In this document: positions 35,928-45,313 of the stretch, one piece after another
Layout: every line of letters starts with the position of its first letter
Position numbering within the stretch: the stretch's first letter is position 1
Assembly: GCA_027623675.1 (NCBI GenBank)
Contig: JAQBVF010000001.1
Location: 1 to 64,000 of the forward strand
Length of the DNA: 64,000 bases
Origin: Chloroflexota bacterium
Lineage (GTDB): Bacteria > Chloroflexota > Dehalococcoidia > Lucifugimonadales > UBA3495
Direction: 5' to 3'
Made by a program: the position numbers and the translations under genes
Notes under the pieces: model-generated
Seen by the model: the letters and a program-made list of their open reading frames with translations, nothing else
Told to the model about the DNA's origin: nothing
Database searches by the model: none

Positions 35928-36047
35928 GGAGAGTAGGGGAAGTTCAGCTCATCCTCCTAAGACATTCCCTTCTCCCCACCCCAGGGCGCCTTTCCCCCAA
36001 AGGCGCCCGCCCCGGGCCTCGGTGGGAATTCCCCACCGGGGCCTTTT
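35928..36047 (+). ncRNA. Candidate small RNA with three stem-loops and C-rich loops
   Basis: Hairpins at about 35928-35975 (loop contains CCTCCT), 35984-36008 (loop CCCCC) and 36015-36043 followed by TTTT. Confidence 0.35.
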
Positions 36048-36073
36048 CTATCTGTTGAGGCTGCCCAGACAAG

Positions 36074-36110
36074 AGAAAAGGGTCCTCCCCTGTGGGGAGG
36101 ACCCTTTTCT
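36074..36110. terminator. Bidirectional terminator downstream of hsp20
   Basis: AGAAAAGGGTCCTCCCC-TGT-GGGGAGGACCCTTTTCT perfect inverted repeat. Confidence 0.85.
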
Positions 36111-36156
36111 GTAAAACCTTCCCGGATGGGAAGGGAGCGCCGGCCCGGTTAGGCGG

Positions 36157-36660
36157 TTATTCGCCCGAGGGAAGCGCCGTCCCGACGGCAACCTTCAGGT
36201 GCTTGGCCTTATTGGACTCAGCCATCGGAAGGGTGATGGTCAGAACGCCGTTCTCGTAACGGGGTTCGACCTTGTCGGCGTCGACGTGCTCCGACAGCCG
36301 CAGCGACCGATGGAACGATCCCGTCCGGCGCTCGCGCATCACGTAGCCGCCGTCCTTGCGTTCTTCATCGACCTGGGTGCTGGCCTTGATGGTCAGCATG
36401 CCGCCCTCAATGGTCACGTCGATGTCCTCTGGTTTAACACCAGGCAGGCTGGCGTGAACCGTTACGTTGTCGCCGTCCCGGGCGATGTCCAGGGGGATCG
36501 ACCATTCCCTCCCTTCGGCGTTGCCGAAACCCGGGTCAGCATCCTTGAAGCCGTCGCCCAAGCTGTCGCCGAATGCGGTGGGAAATCCGGCCCAGTACCG
36601 GTTGGCCAAACGGTGCGCCCGCCTGATTTCATCCAATGGGTCCCAATTACTCAGTACCAT
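36157..36660 (-). CDS. Hsp20/alpha-crystallin small heat shock protein
   Basis: LPGVKPEDIDV, ERRTGSFHRSLRL, YENGVLTITLP. Confidence 0.95.
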   Translation of the reverse strand: MVLSNWDPLDEIRRAHRLANRYWAGFPTAFGDSLGDGFKDADPGFGNAEGREWSIPLDIARDGDNVTVHASLPGVKPEDIDVTIEGGMLTIKASTQVDEERKDGGYVMRERRTGSFHRSLRLSEHVDADKVEPRYENGVLTITLPMAESNKAKHLKVAVGTALPSGE

Positions 36661-36751
36661 CTTTCACGTCCTCCAGAATATAGTTTTTGTCAGTTGCAAT
36701 CGGGCCTATGAACGCTTAATCTCAACGCCTAACTGACAACTTAAATTTTAG

Positions 36752-36778
36752 ATACTTGATCGGTTTCCTATCAAGTAT
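36752..36778. promoter_or_regulatory. HAIR-like HspR operator
   Basis: ATACTTGAT-N9-ATCAAGTAT, i.e. CTTGATC-N7-TATCAAG versus HAIR CTTGAGT-N7-ACTCAAG; between divergent heat-shock genes of an hspR-containing locus. Confidence 0.7.
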
Positions 36779-36824
36779 TTCGTTTTAATTCATTAAGTTT
36801 ATGCGTGTTATGTACTCGGATACA

Positions 36825-36853
36825 TTGACATCAAGTCTCAGTTTATCTATAAT
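36825..36853 (+). promoter_or_regulatory. Consensus sigma70 promoter of the dnaJ-hspR-clp operon
   Basis: Perfect TTGACA-17 bp-TATAAT, overlapped by a weaker HAIR-like site (36815-36835). Confidence 0.85.
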
Positions 36854-36902
36854 CCTACTTGGAAATTGATTAGCGAAACCGAGAGTACCGGTTATTGGAT
36901 GA

Positions 36903-37877
36903 ATGGCTAATTACTACGAAACATTAGGCGTCCCCCGAGAGGCATCCGAGAAAGAGATTCGGACCGCCTTCCGTAAGTTGGCGCGCAAGCATCACCCAGA
37001 CGTAAATGAGAACACGCCAGCCTCGGAGGAGAAGTTCAAGGAGATCAACGAGGCCTATACCGTGCTCTCCGACGCTGACTCCCGGCGCAAGTACGACCGG
37101 TACGGCAGCGAGTGGAAACACGCCGATCAGTACGAACAGGCCACCGGACGAGCCGGCGGGGGCGGGGGATTTAGCTACTCCCATTTCGGCGGCGGCGGTG
37201 GCCGGTCAAACGGTGGCCGGAGCAGCGTCTTCGAGCAATTCTTCGGCGGCGGCATGGGGCAAGAGATCTACCAGCCGCCGGCGGAATATCCGGTTGAGAT
37301 CACCCTGGAAGAGGCTTTCAGCGGGGCCGCCCGGCGCCTGCAGTTGCAGGACGGACGGCGTCTCGAAGTCAAGATTCCTCCGGGGGTGGACAACGGCTCC
37401 AAGGTCCATATCTCGGCGGATAAGAGCCACGGCGGCGACTTCTACTTGATCGTGTCGGTCAAGGAACATCCCCGCTTCCGCCGGCAGGGCAAGGACCTCT
37501 TCGTGGATGTGGAAGCCCCATTGGACGACGCCGTTTTGGGCGGTGAGCTGACCGTGCCCACCCTCACCGGACGCCTGGCTTTGACCATTCCTAAAGGGAC
37601 GCAGAACGGACGGCGGTTCCGGCTGGCGGGTCAGGGCATGCCCGTTTTGGGCAACCCGGCCAAAAGCCTGAAGAGCGACGTCGACCACCGGGGCGACTTG
37701 TTCGCCACCGTGAAGGTTAAGTTGCCCACCGAATATACAAAAGAGGAATTGGCCGTGTTCGAGCGGATCAGGGCCAAACGGACCGGAAAGTCGGCATCCA
37801 CCACCAGTTCGAACGGATCGAAGAACGACGATCCGGATGACCAGGGTGAGGAAGATATAGGGGCCGGTGAGGAGTAA
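36903..37877 (+). CDS. DnaJ/CbpA-type co-chaperone (no Zn finger)
   Basis: J-domain with HPD, Gly/Phe-rich linker, DnaJ C-terminal domain, no CxxCxGxG. Confidence 0.93.
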   Translation: MANYYETLGVPREASEKEIRTAFRKLARKHHPDVNENTPASEEKFKEINEAYTVLSDADSRRKYDRYGSEWKHADQYEQATGRAGGGGGFSYSHFGGGGGRSNGGRSSVFEQFFGGGMGQEIYQPPAEYPVEITLEEAFSGAARRLQLQDGRRLEVKIPPGVDNGSKVHISADKSHGGDFYLIVSVKEHPRFRRQGKDLFVDVEAPLDDAVLGGELTVPTLTGRLALTIPKGTQNGRRFRLAGQGMPVLGNPAKSLKSDVDHRGDLFATVKVKLPTEYTKEELAVFERIRAKRTGKSASTTSSNGSKNDDPDDQGEEDIGAGEE

Positions 37878-37879
37878 CC

Positions 37880-38218
37880 ATGACCACTGAGAACCAGTTT
37901 AGAGACGAACCCTGTTTCGTGATCAGCGTGGCGGCCCGAATCGTCGGGGTCCACGCCCAAACACTGCGCCACTACGAGCGCGTGGGCCTCATCTGGCCGT
38001 CTCGGACCGTCGGACGCCAACGGCTCTATTCCATGGCGGACATCGAGCGTCTGCGCCGGCTCAAGGCACTCACCGAGGACATGGGACTCAACCTGGCGGG
38101 CGCCGAAGTGGCCTTGAAGCTGATGACGCGCATCGAAGAACTAGAGGGGGAAGTAAAGAAGTTGAACGAGACCGTAAATGTTTTGCAGCGACAAACTGAA
38201 AGGCAGGCCCAGCGTTAG
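37880..38218 (+). CDS. hspR: HspR heat-shock repressor (MerR family)
   Basis: ISVAA...HAQTLRHYERVGLI.PSRT...RLYS..DI..L, G.NLAG; located in a chaperone operon. Confidence 0.9.
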   Translation: MTTENQFRDEPCFVISVAARIVGVHAQTLRHYERVGLIWPSRTVGRQRLYSMADIERLRRLKALTEDMGLNLAGAEVALKLMTRIEELEGEVKKLNETVNVLQRQTERQAQR

Positions 38219-38280
38219 GATTCGCCTGCAACCCCCAACCCGGACCCCGTCTATTTAGTACAGACTGAGGAGAGATTATC

Positions 38281-40782
38281 ATGGTTCTAAGACCGGACCA
38301 ATTCACCGAACAGGCCCAAGAAGTGCTGCAGAATTCCCACGACTTGGTGCGCCGCTACAGCCACAGCCAGTGGGACGTGGAGCACATACTGCTTGCCCTA
38401 TTGGAACTGAATAACGGCATACCCGAGGAGATACTGACCGAGATCGGAGTCCCGGTTGACGCCATAAAAGCTCGCCTGGACCAGATACTGGAAGCCTCTC
38501 CCAAGGTGGCCAATAACGCCACCCAGATCTATGCCACGCCCCGTGCCTCCCGGCTCCTAGAGGACGCCAAGCACGAAGCGGAACGGCTTAAGGACGACTT
38601 CATCGGCGCTGAGCACCTGTTCATCGCCGCGGTTATGGAGTCCCAGGGCGACTCCGCTCGTCTGCTAAAAGAACACGGCATCGACCAGGAAAAGGTCTAC
38701 CGGGCTCTGGCCAAGATTCGTGGCGGTCACCGCGTGAACGACCCACGGGCGGAGAGCCACTACCGGTCGCTGGACAAGTACAGCATCGACCTTACCCACC
38801 TGGCGCGCCAGGGAAAGCTGGACCCCGTGGTGGGCCGCGACGAAGAGATTCGCCAGGTGATGCAGACCCTGACCCGCCGCAAGAAGAACAACCCGGTGAT
38901 CATCGGCGAGGCCGGCGTGGGCAAGACCGCCATCGTCGAAGGACTGGCCGCCCGCATCGTGGCCGGCGACGTGGCTGATTCCCTGAAAGGCCGCCGGGTG
39001 CTGGCCCTGGACATGGGTGCGCTGGTCGCTGGTTCCAAGTTCCGCGGCGAGTTCGAAGAGCGGCTGAAGTCCGTGATGGACGAGGTGAAGCAGGCCCACC
39101 GCGAGGTGATCCTGTTCTTGGACGAGATTCACACCTTGGTCGGCGCGGGCGCCTCCGAGGGCGGCGTAGACGCCTCAAACATGCTCAAACCGGCCCTGGC
39201 CAGGGGCGAGTTGCAGTGCGTTGGGGCCACCACCCTAGACGAGTACCGCAAGTACATCGAGAAGGACTCGGCCCTGGAGCGCCGGTTCCAGCCCGTGATG
39301 CTCGAAGAGCCCACGGTCGAGGAAACGGTGGAGATACTGCGCATCCTCCGGCCGAGGTACGAAGCCCATCACAAGGTTGACATCGACGACTCCGCCTTGG
39401 TGGCCGCCGCCCGTCTCAGCGACCGCTACGTAACCGGGCGTCAACTCCCCGACAAGGCGATCGACTTCATCGACGAGGCTGCCAGCAAGCTGCGTATCGA
39501 CGCCGAAAGCATGCCCGCCGATGTCAAGAATATGGAATTTCGCATCAGCCAATTGTTGGACCAGGAGGAGGCCGCAGCCCAGCGCACCGAGTACGAGCGT
39601 GCCGCCGAGATCCGCGTGGAACGCCTGCGCCTGGAGGCGGAGTACGAAGCCGAGCGGAGCCGCCAAACACAGGACCGCCACATAGACATGGTGGTGAGCG
39701 AATTGGACATCGCCGAGTTGGTCGCCAAATGGACGGGCATCCCCACCGGCCGTCTTCTGGAGGGCGAGGGTGAACGGCTGGTCCACATGGAAGACTACCT
39801 CCACGAGAGGATCATTGGCCAGGAAGAGGCCGTGGTGGCCGTAGCCGAGGCTATACGCCGCTCCCGCTCCGGCCTGAGCGACCCCCGGCGGCCCATCGGC
39901 AGCTTCATCTTCCTGGGGCCAACCGGCGTGGGCAAGACCGAGTTGGCCAAATCGCTGGCCGAGTTCCTGTTCGACGACGAGTCCAACATGGTGCGGGTCG
40001 ATATGTCTGAGTACATGGAGAAACACACCGTGTCCCGGCTCATCGGCGCCCCTCCCGGCTACGTGGGCTACGATGAAGGCGGCCAACTGACCGAGGCGGT
40101 CCGCCGCCGGCCCTACCGGGTGGTGCTGTTCGACGAGATCGAGAAGGCCCACCCAGACGTGTTCAACATCCTGCTCCAAGTATTGGAGGACGGAAGGCTG
40201 ACCGACGGCCACGGACGGACCGTCGATTTCAGGAACACGGTCATCATAATGACCAGCAACCTGGGCACCTCGAGCCTGGCACAACGGAGTTTCGGGTTCC
40301 GCACCGAAGACAGCGAAGGCTCGGACGACGACATCAAACTGAGGGAATCGGTCAACGCCGCCCTTAAAGAGGCGTTCCGGCCGGAGTTCCTGAACCGGAT
40401 CGACGAGACCATCATCTTCCATCCGTTGACCCAGGAACAGATCGTCCGGGTTGTGGGACTGATGATCAAAGACGTCCAGGGCCGCCTTGAAGAGCGGGGC
40501 ATAACCTTTGAGCTGACCTCCGACGCCAACCTCTGGCTGGCACGGGAGGGTTACGACCCCGTATACGGAGCCAGGCCGTTGCGCCGGGCGGTGACGCGGT
40601 TCTTGGAGAACCCCATGTCGAAGTACATCCTATCCGGCGAGTTCACATCCGGCGACCATATATTGGTTGACGCCGGAACGGAAGGCTTGGTGTTGACCAA
40701 GATGACCGGAAGCGCGCCGGAGCTTGAATCCGGAACGGGGTCCGAGGCTGAACAGGACCAGGCCGTGGCATCCACGTCCTAG
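38281..40782 (+). CDS. ATP-dependent Clp protease/chaperone ATP-binding subunit (ClpC/ClpB family)
   Basis: Clp N-domain, two AAA+ modules ([16 protein letters not shown]), short UVR-like middle domain, FGF loop. Confidence 0.95.
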   Translation: MVLRPDQFTEQAQEVLQNSHDLVRRYSHSQWDVEHILLALLELNNGIPEEILTEIGVPVDAIKARLDQILEASPKVANNATQIYATPRASRLLEDAKHEAERLKDDFIGAEHLFIAAVMESQGDSARLLKEHGIDQEKVYRALAKIRGGHRVNDPRAESHYRSLDKYSIDLTHLARQGKLDPVVGRDEEIRQVMQTLTRRKKNNPVIIGEAGVGKTAIVEGLAARIVAGDVADSLKGRRVLALDMGALVAGSKFRGEFEERLKSVMDEVKQAHREVILFLDEIHTLVGAGASEGGVDASNMLKPALARGELQCVGATTLDEYRKYIEKDSALERRFQPVMLEEPTVEETVEILRILRPRYEAHHKVDIDDSALVAAARLSDRYVTGRQLPDKAIDFIDEAASKLRIDAESMPADVKNMEFRISQLLDQEEAAAQRTEYERAAEIRVERLRLEAEYEAERSRQTQDRHIDMVVSELDIAELVAKWTGIPTGRLLEGEGERLVHMEDYLHERIIGQEEAVVAVAEAIRRSRSGLSDPRRPIGSFIFLGPTGVGKTELAKSLAEFLFDDESNMVRVDMSEYMEKHTVSRLIGAPPGYVGYDEGGQLTEAVRRRPYRVVLFDEIEKAHPDVFNILLQVLEDGRLTDGHGRTVDFRNTVIIMTSNLGTSSLAQRSFGFRTEDSEGSDDDIKLRESVNAALKEAFRPEFLNRIDETIIFHPLTQEQIVRVVGLMIKDVQGRLEERGITFELTSDANLWLAREGYDPVYGARPLRRAVTRFLENPMSKYILSGEFTSGDHILVDAGTEGLVLTKMTGSAPELESGTGSEAEQDQAVASTS

Positions 40783-40820
40783 TCTGGTTATCAGACCCGG
40801 AAATGCCGGGCCAAAGGTAG

Positions 40821-41693
40821 ATGCAACGAGCGGAATACAAAACGGCCAGCGTCTGGGGGCTGAACATCCGGTACGTCGAAGCCGGAGACGGACCCGTGGT
40901 GGTGCTGCTCCACGGCCTGGCCGCTTCGCTGTTGACCTGGTACTGCAATATCGACGCACTCGCCGATGCCGGGTACCGGGTGATCGCCCCGGACCTGCCC
41001 GGCTACGGCGATTCGGACAAGCCAAACCATCTGGAGTACGACCCCTCGTCGGCGGCCGAATTCATCTTCGACCTGAGCCAGGAGCTGGGTCTTGAACGGT
41101 TCTCTCTGGTCGGAAGCTCGGCCGGGGGAGTCATCGCCGGCTTGTTCGCCATGGAACATCCAGAGATGGTGGACAAGCTGGCGTTGGTTGGTTCGGGAGG
41201 GTTCGGGCGCAACGTGGCCTGGTTCCTTCGGCTCATCTCGGTGCCGGTGGTCGGCGGCCTGGTTTATCAACCCTGGCTGAACAACAAGTTGGGGGTAACC
41301 AAGCACATGTTCCACCGGCCTCCCGCCATCTTGGAAAAGCTGCTTCCGGAGATGGAACGGACCAAAACCCTGCCTGGTGCGCGGCTGGCCATGCTGCGGT
41401 CCATCCGCTCCAGCATCAACGTGTGGGGACTGCGGAAAGAAGGTTATATACTTGACGGGCTAAAAAACTCCACCGTGCCCTTGATGACGGTTTGGGGAGC
41501 AGCCGACAAGATCATTCCCGTATCTCATGCCGAAGCGGCGCGCCGGGGGCTGCCCGAAAGCAGCGTGCGAATCATCCCCGAGTGCGGTCACTGGCCCCAG
41601 ATGGAGCGACCCGACCTGTTCAATCCCATGTTGACCGATTTCCTGGAAGGCCGTGAAGTCCGTCCGGTCAAGACGGACCAGCAGCCATTTTGA
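40821..41693 (+). CDS. Alpha/beta-fold hydrolase
   Basis: LLHG, DLPGYGDS, GSSAGG nucleophile elbow, WG..D, GHWPQ.E. Confidence 0.9.
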   Translation: MQRAEYKTASVWGLNIRYVEAGDGPVVVLLHGLAASLLTWYCNIDALADAGYRVIAPDLPGYGDSDKPNHLEYDPSSAAEFIFDLSQELGLERFSLVGSSAGGVIAGLFAMEHPEMVDKLALVGSGGFGRNVAWFLRLISVPVVGGLVYQPWLNNKLGVTKHMFHRPPAILEKLLPEMERTKTLPGARLAMLRSIRSSINVWGLRKEGYILDGLKNSTVPLMTVWGAADKIIPVSHAEAARRGLPESSVRIIPECGHWPQMERPDLFNPMLTDFLEGREVRPVKTDQQPF

Positions 41694-42280
41694 TACGGTA
41701 CGGCAGCCTGGCGGCACACTATGTCGCCCGGATAGATTGGCGCAAGCCCGAGAACCTGCTGCGGCTGGCCATCTTCGTCGCCGTCATCGCCGCCATCACC
41801 GCCGCCCTGCTACTGCGCGACAGCTTCGGGGCAAACCATGTCGGCTACGCCGCGGTTGCCCTGAGCGCGTTGGTGGCCAGCGCCGGTCTATTTATCCCCG
41901 TGCCAGCTTTGGCCACCGCCTGCGCCACGGCCATCTTCCTCAGTCCATTCCTCGTGGGACTCATCGCCGGGACCGCCGAAACCGTCGGGGAACTCAGCGG
42001 TTACTACCTGGGATACTCCGGGCGCGACGTTCTGTCCCGGAGCCGCGTGTACCAGCGAGTCGAACACTGGATGCGCCGCCGGGGCTGGCTGCTGCTGTTC
42101 CTAGTCTCCATCGTGCCCAATCCCATCTTCGACATCGTTGGCATCGCCGCCGGGGCGTTGCGCTACCCCATCTGGGGGTTCTTGGCGGCGGTCTGGGCCG
42201 GCAAGCTGATCAAATTCCTCGTCTTCGCCTACGCCTGCGCCGCCGGGGCTGAATGGCTTACCAAACTGTTCGGGCTTTAG
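41690..42280 (+). CDS. VTT/DedA-family membrane protein
   Basis: GELSGYYLG, PNPIFDIVGIAAG, GKLIK. Confidence 0.85.
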   Translation: MIRYGSLAAHYVARIDWRKPENLLRLAIFVAVIAAITAALLLRDSFGANHVGYAAVALSALVASAGLFIPVPALATACATAIFLSPFLVGLIAGTAETVGELSGYYLGYSGRDVLSRSRVYQRVEHWMRRRGWLLLFLVSIVPNPIFDIVGIAAGALRYPIWGFLAAVWAGKLIKFLVFAYACAAGAEWLTKLFGL

Positions 42281-42496
42281 CTTCAATGTTCTGTTAGGGC
42301 GTTTCCAGGCACGAAAAGTGGCAGGTTTCGGCGCGGGAGTGTATTCTTACTCAGCCCAGCCCAAATCTTCGGACCCAGAAGATCGGGCTAGGCTTTGTCC
42401 GCTTGGCCCAAAGCGTCCCAGACGAACTTTTTTCTATGGGAATCCGAGGGAATCCGAAGTGCGGACAGATATTCCCCAGACGAATGGAGGAACGCC

Positions 42497-43039
42497 TTGA
42501 TTCGCCCCCTTGATGGCAAAAGCCCCCGGATCCACCCTACCGCCTTCGTCAGTGAAGCCGCCTATATCGTCGGCGACGTTGTGATCGGCGAGAACACCAG
42601 CATCTGGCCCGGCGCGGTGATCAGAGCCGACTACGGCGACATCATCATCGGCAAGAACTGCTCCATACAGGACAACGCCGTTCTGCACACCGATGACCAT
42701 CTGGAATTGGGCGACAACGTTTTAATGACCCACGGCGCGGTGGTCCACGGCGGCAAGGTCGGCAGCAACGTACTGATCGGAGTGAACGCCGTCTTATTGG
42801 AAGACACCGACGTGGGCGACCATGTGTTCATCGGCGCGGGGGCCATCGTCCGGGGCAAGGTGCCAAAGTACTCCCTGGTGATCGGCGTGCCCGGCCAGAT
42901 CCGGCCCCTCTCTGAGAAACAGGCCCAGCGTCTCAAAGACCCCACTGCCCGCTATGTCAAGAACGGCAAGCGGTTCAACGAGCAGGGACTGGGCCAGGAC
43001 ACCTCGGCGTTCCATCCCGACTCGCCGGCGGGAAGCTAG
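42497..43039 (+). CDS. Gamma carbonic anhydrase-family (hexapeptide repeat) protein
   Basis: IHPTAFV, GDVVIG, IRAD, IQDNAVLH, HGAVVHG; TTG after GGAGG. Confidence 0.9.
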   Translation: MIRPLDGKSPRIHPTAFVSEAAYIVGDVVIGENTSIWPGAVIRADYGDIIIGKNCSIQDNAVLHTDDHLELGDNVLMTHGAVVHGGKVGSNVLIGVNAVLLEDTDVGDHVFIGAGAIVRGKVPKYSLVIGVPGQIRPLSEKQAQRLKDPTARYVKNGKRFNEQGLGQDTSAFHPDSPAGS

Positions 43040-43042
43040 ACC

Positions 43043-44281
43043 ATGACCACCGGAAAGGACTCTCCGGCCCTGCCGTTGGCGGGGATCAGGGTGATGGATG
43101 TCACGCATATCGTGGCTGGGCCGTTCTGCTCGATGATCCTGGCGGACATGGGCGCCGAGGTGATCAAGATAGAGCGTCCTGGCGTCGGCGAGCGAGGGCG
43201 CAGCAACGGCCCCTTCATTGACGGGGAGAACGGCCAGCGGGTCAGTTCCCGGTACCTGGGCATCAACCGCAATAAGAAGAGCGTGACTCTGGACCTGCGC
43301 GACCAACGGTGCAAGGCCGCCTTCGAGCGCATGGTGAAGGAGTCGGACATCCTGCTCGACAACTGGGGACCGGGCGCTCTCCGGCGGCTCGGTCTGGGCT
43401 ACGACGTGCTGAAAGAGTTGAACCCCAGACTGATCTACACCAGCCTCACCGGCTACGGCGACCCCGAAGGACCGGCGCCGGGACCGTACTCGGAATGGCC
43501 GGCCAACAACCCTTGCGTACAGGGCATGGGCGGCTGGATGACCGTGACGGGCGCGCAGGGCGGCGCGCCCCAGATGGTCGGAGACAACATCGGCGACTCG
43601 GTGCCGGGGGTTTGGACGGCCCTGGGAATCATGATGGCTCTGGAGGCCCGCCACAAAACGGGCGAGGGGGCCTTCGTGGACATGGCCATGTACGACTGCA
43701 TGGTGGCCCACACCACCAGCACAATGCCCTACTATCAGGCCACCGGCAAGGTGGCGGACCTGAACCGGGGCAACATGATTAGCGCCCAACTAGCGCTTAG
43801 GGCCAAAGACGGCTACGTGGTGCTGGCCGGCGCCGGCGGCCCAGATAAATGGAAGGACCTTTGGCGGCTCATGGGCCGGGACGACCTGATCGAAGACGAA
43901 CGCTTCCTGGGAGTGGGGGTCAGCGGCGACTTCTACATGAACAGTTTCGTTCCGGAACTGGAACGCTGGACCCTGGAACGGACCAAGGCCGAGGTGACCC
44001 AGCAGCTCATCGGCATCGGCTACTCCATGGGCATGGTGCAAAACCAGGCCGACCTGGACCAGTGCCCCCACCTGGAAGCCCGGGGGATGTTCATCAACGG
44101 CGGCAACGACATGGGCGGCATCTTCAGGACGGTCAACACGCCCATCAAGTTTGCCGGCGGGGCCCAAACGCCCAACGTGCAACCCCCACTGCTTGGGGCC
44201 AACAACGAAGATATCCTCTGCTCCATCGGCGGCATCAGCCCCGAAGAATTGAAGCAGATGCAGTCAGACGGGGTCATTTAA
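43043..44281 (+). CDS. CoA-transferase family III (CaiB/BaiF)
   Basis: LAGIRVMD, AGPF...LADMGAEVIKIE, NRNKKS.TLDL, catalytic-position GD. Confidence 0.92.
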   Translation: MTTGKDSPALPLAGIRVMDVTHIVAGPFCSMILADMGAEVIKIERPGVGERGRSNGPFIDGENGQRVSSRYLGINRNKKSVTLDLRDQRCKAAFERMVKESDILLDNWGPGALRRLGLGYDVLKELNPRLIYTSLTGYGDPEGPAPGPYSEWPANNPCVQGMGGWMTVTGAQGGAPQMVGDNIGDSVPGVWTALGIMMALEARHKTGEGAFVDMAMYDCMVAHTTSTMPYYQATGKVADLNRGNMISAQLALRAKDGYVVLAGAGGPDKWKDLWRLMGRDDLIEDERFLGVGVSGDFYMNSFVPELERWTLERTKAEVTQQLIGIGYSMGMVQNQADLDQCPHLEARGMFINGGNDMGGIFRTVNTPIKFAGGAQTPNVQPPLLGANNEDILCSIGGISPEELKQMQSDGVI

Positions 44282-44308
44282 CTTGCCTGATCTTACTCTG
44301 AGAGCGGT

Positions 44309-45235
44309 ATGAAGATCGCGGTGATGGGCGCCGGCGGGATCGGGGGTTGTTGCGGCAGCCTGTTGGCCCGTGCGGGTTTTGACGTGTCCTTGATCGCCCG
44401 AGGCAGTCATCTGGCGGCCATCAAAGAGCAGGGGCTGCAGTTGGTCCAACCGGATGGCGAGTTCACGGCAGACATCGCGGCCACTGATGACCCGTCTCAG
44501 GTAGGGCCGGTAGACCTGGTATTGTTCGCAGTGAAAGGGCAACAGAACTCAGTCGCCATTCCCCTCATCAAGCCGATGGTCGGGGACAACACCACGGTCC
44601 TCACCATACAGAACGGCGTGGAAAGCGCCGAGCAGATCGGAAAGGAATACGGAGCCGACCGGGTGCTGCCGGGCTCCGCCTATCTATTGAGCAACATCAT
44701 CTCACCCGGCGTGATCAGGCAGATATCTCCCGTTCCGCGAGTCGCCTTCGGCGAGTCCAACGGCGATCGGAGTGAACGGGCCGTGGCGATTCAAGAGGCC
44801 TTCGCCAAAGCAGGCATCGAGGCTGAAATCTCCGGCGACATCAATAAAGCCCTCTGGTCAAAGCTTCTATACAACTCACCCGCGAACGGAATGGCCAGCG
44901 CGGCCCGGCTGAGCCCCAGGGACCTGGTCGAATTTCCGGAAGGCGCCGCAATGGTCAAGGCGGCGGTCCAAGAGGTGGCCAGCGTGGGAACCGCCTACGG
45001 GATCCCCTTTAGCGAGGAAGACGTCCAGGGGGCGTTGGACCTGATAGCCGCCCGGCCAATGGGGGCGCGTGGCTCGATGCAGGCCGACCTGGAAGCGGGG
45101 CGGCCTCTGGAATTGGAAGCGATCGTGGGCGCGGTGGGACGGATCGGCCGCCGCGTGAACGTGGCTACTCCCATATTCGACATGCTGTACGCCCTTTTGC
45201 TACCCCATGTCGACGGCGCCCCGGAGAACCACTAA
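44309..45235 (+). CDS. Ketopantoate reductase family protein (PanE/ApbA), copy 1
   Basis: MKIAVMGAGGIG, QNGV, LWSKL, SMQADL..GRPLE. Confidence 0.9.
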   Translation: MKIAVMGAGGIGGCCGSLLARAGFDVSLIARGSHLAAIKEQGLQLVQPDGEFTADIAATDDPSQVGPVDLVLFAVKGQQNSVAIPLIKPMVGDNTTVLTIQNGVESAEQIGKEYGADRVLPGSAYLLSNIISPGVIRQISPVPRVAFGESNGDRSERAVAIQEAFAKAGIEAEISGDINKALWSKLLYNSPANGMASAARLSPRDLVEFPEGAAMVKAAVQEVASVGTAYGIPFSEEDVQGALDLIAARPMGARGSMQADLEAGRPLELEAIVGAVGRIGRRVNVATPIFDMLYALLLPHVDGAPENH

Positions 45236-45313
45236 ACAGATGCGGAAGCTTAGAGCCGTTTGTAGAACTGTCGCCGTTAGTAGAACTGTCAATGAAGGCG
45301 GACTGGGGAACCT

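Noticed and set aside
39235..40422. Long antisense ORFs (also 21588-23036, 42794-43789, 46279-47079)
   Set aside because: Shadow frames of well-supported genes in GC-rich DNA; no motifs
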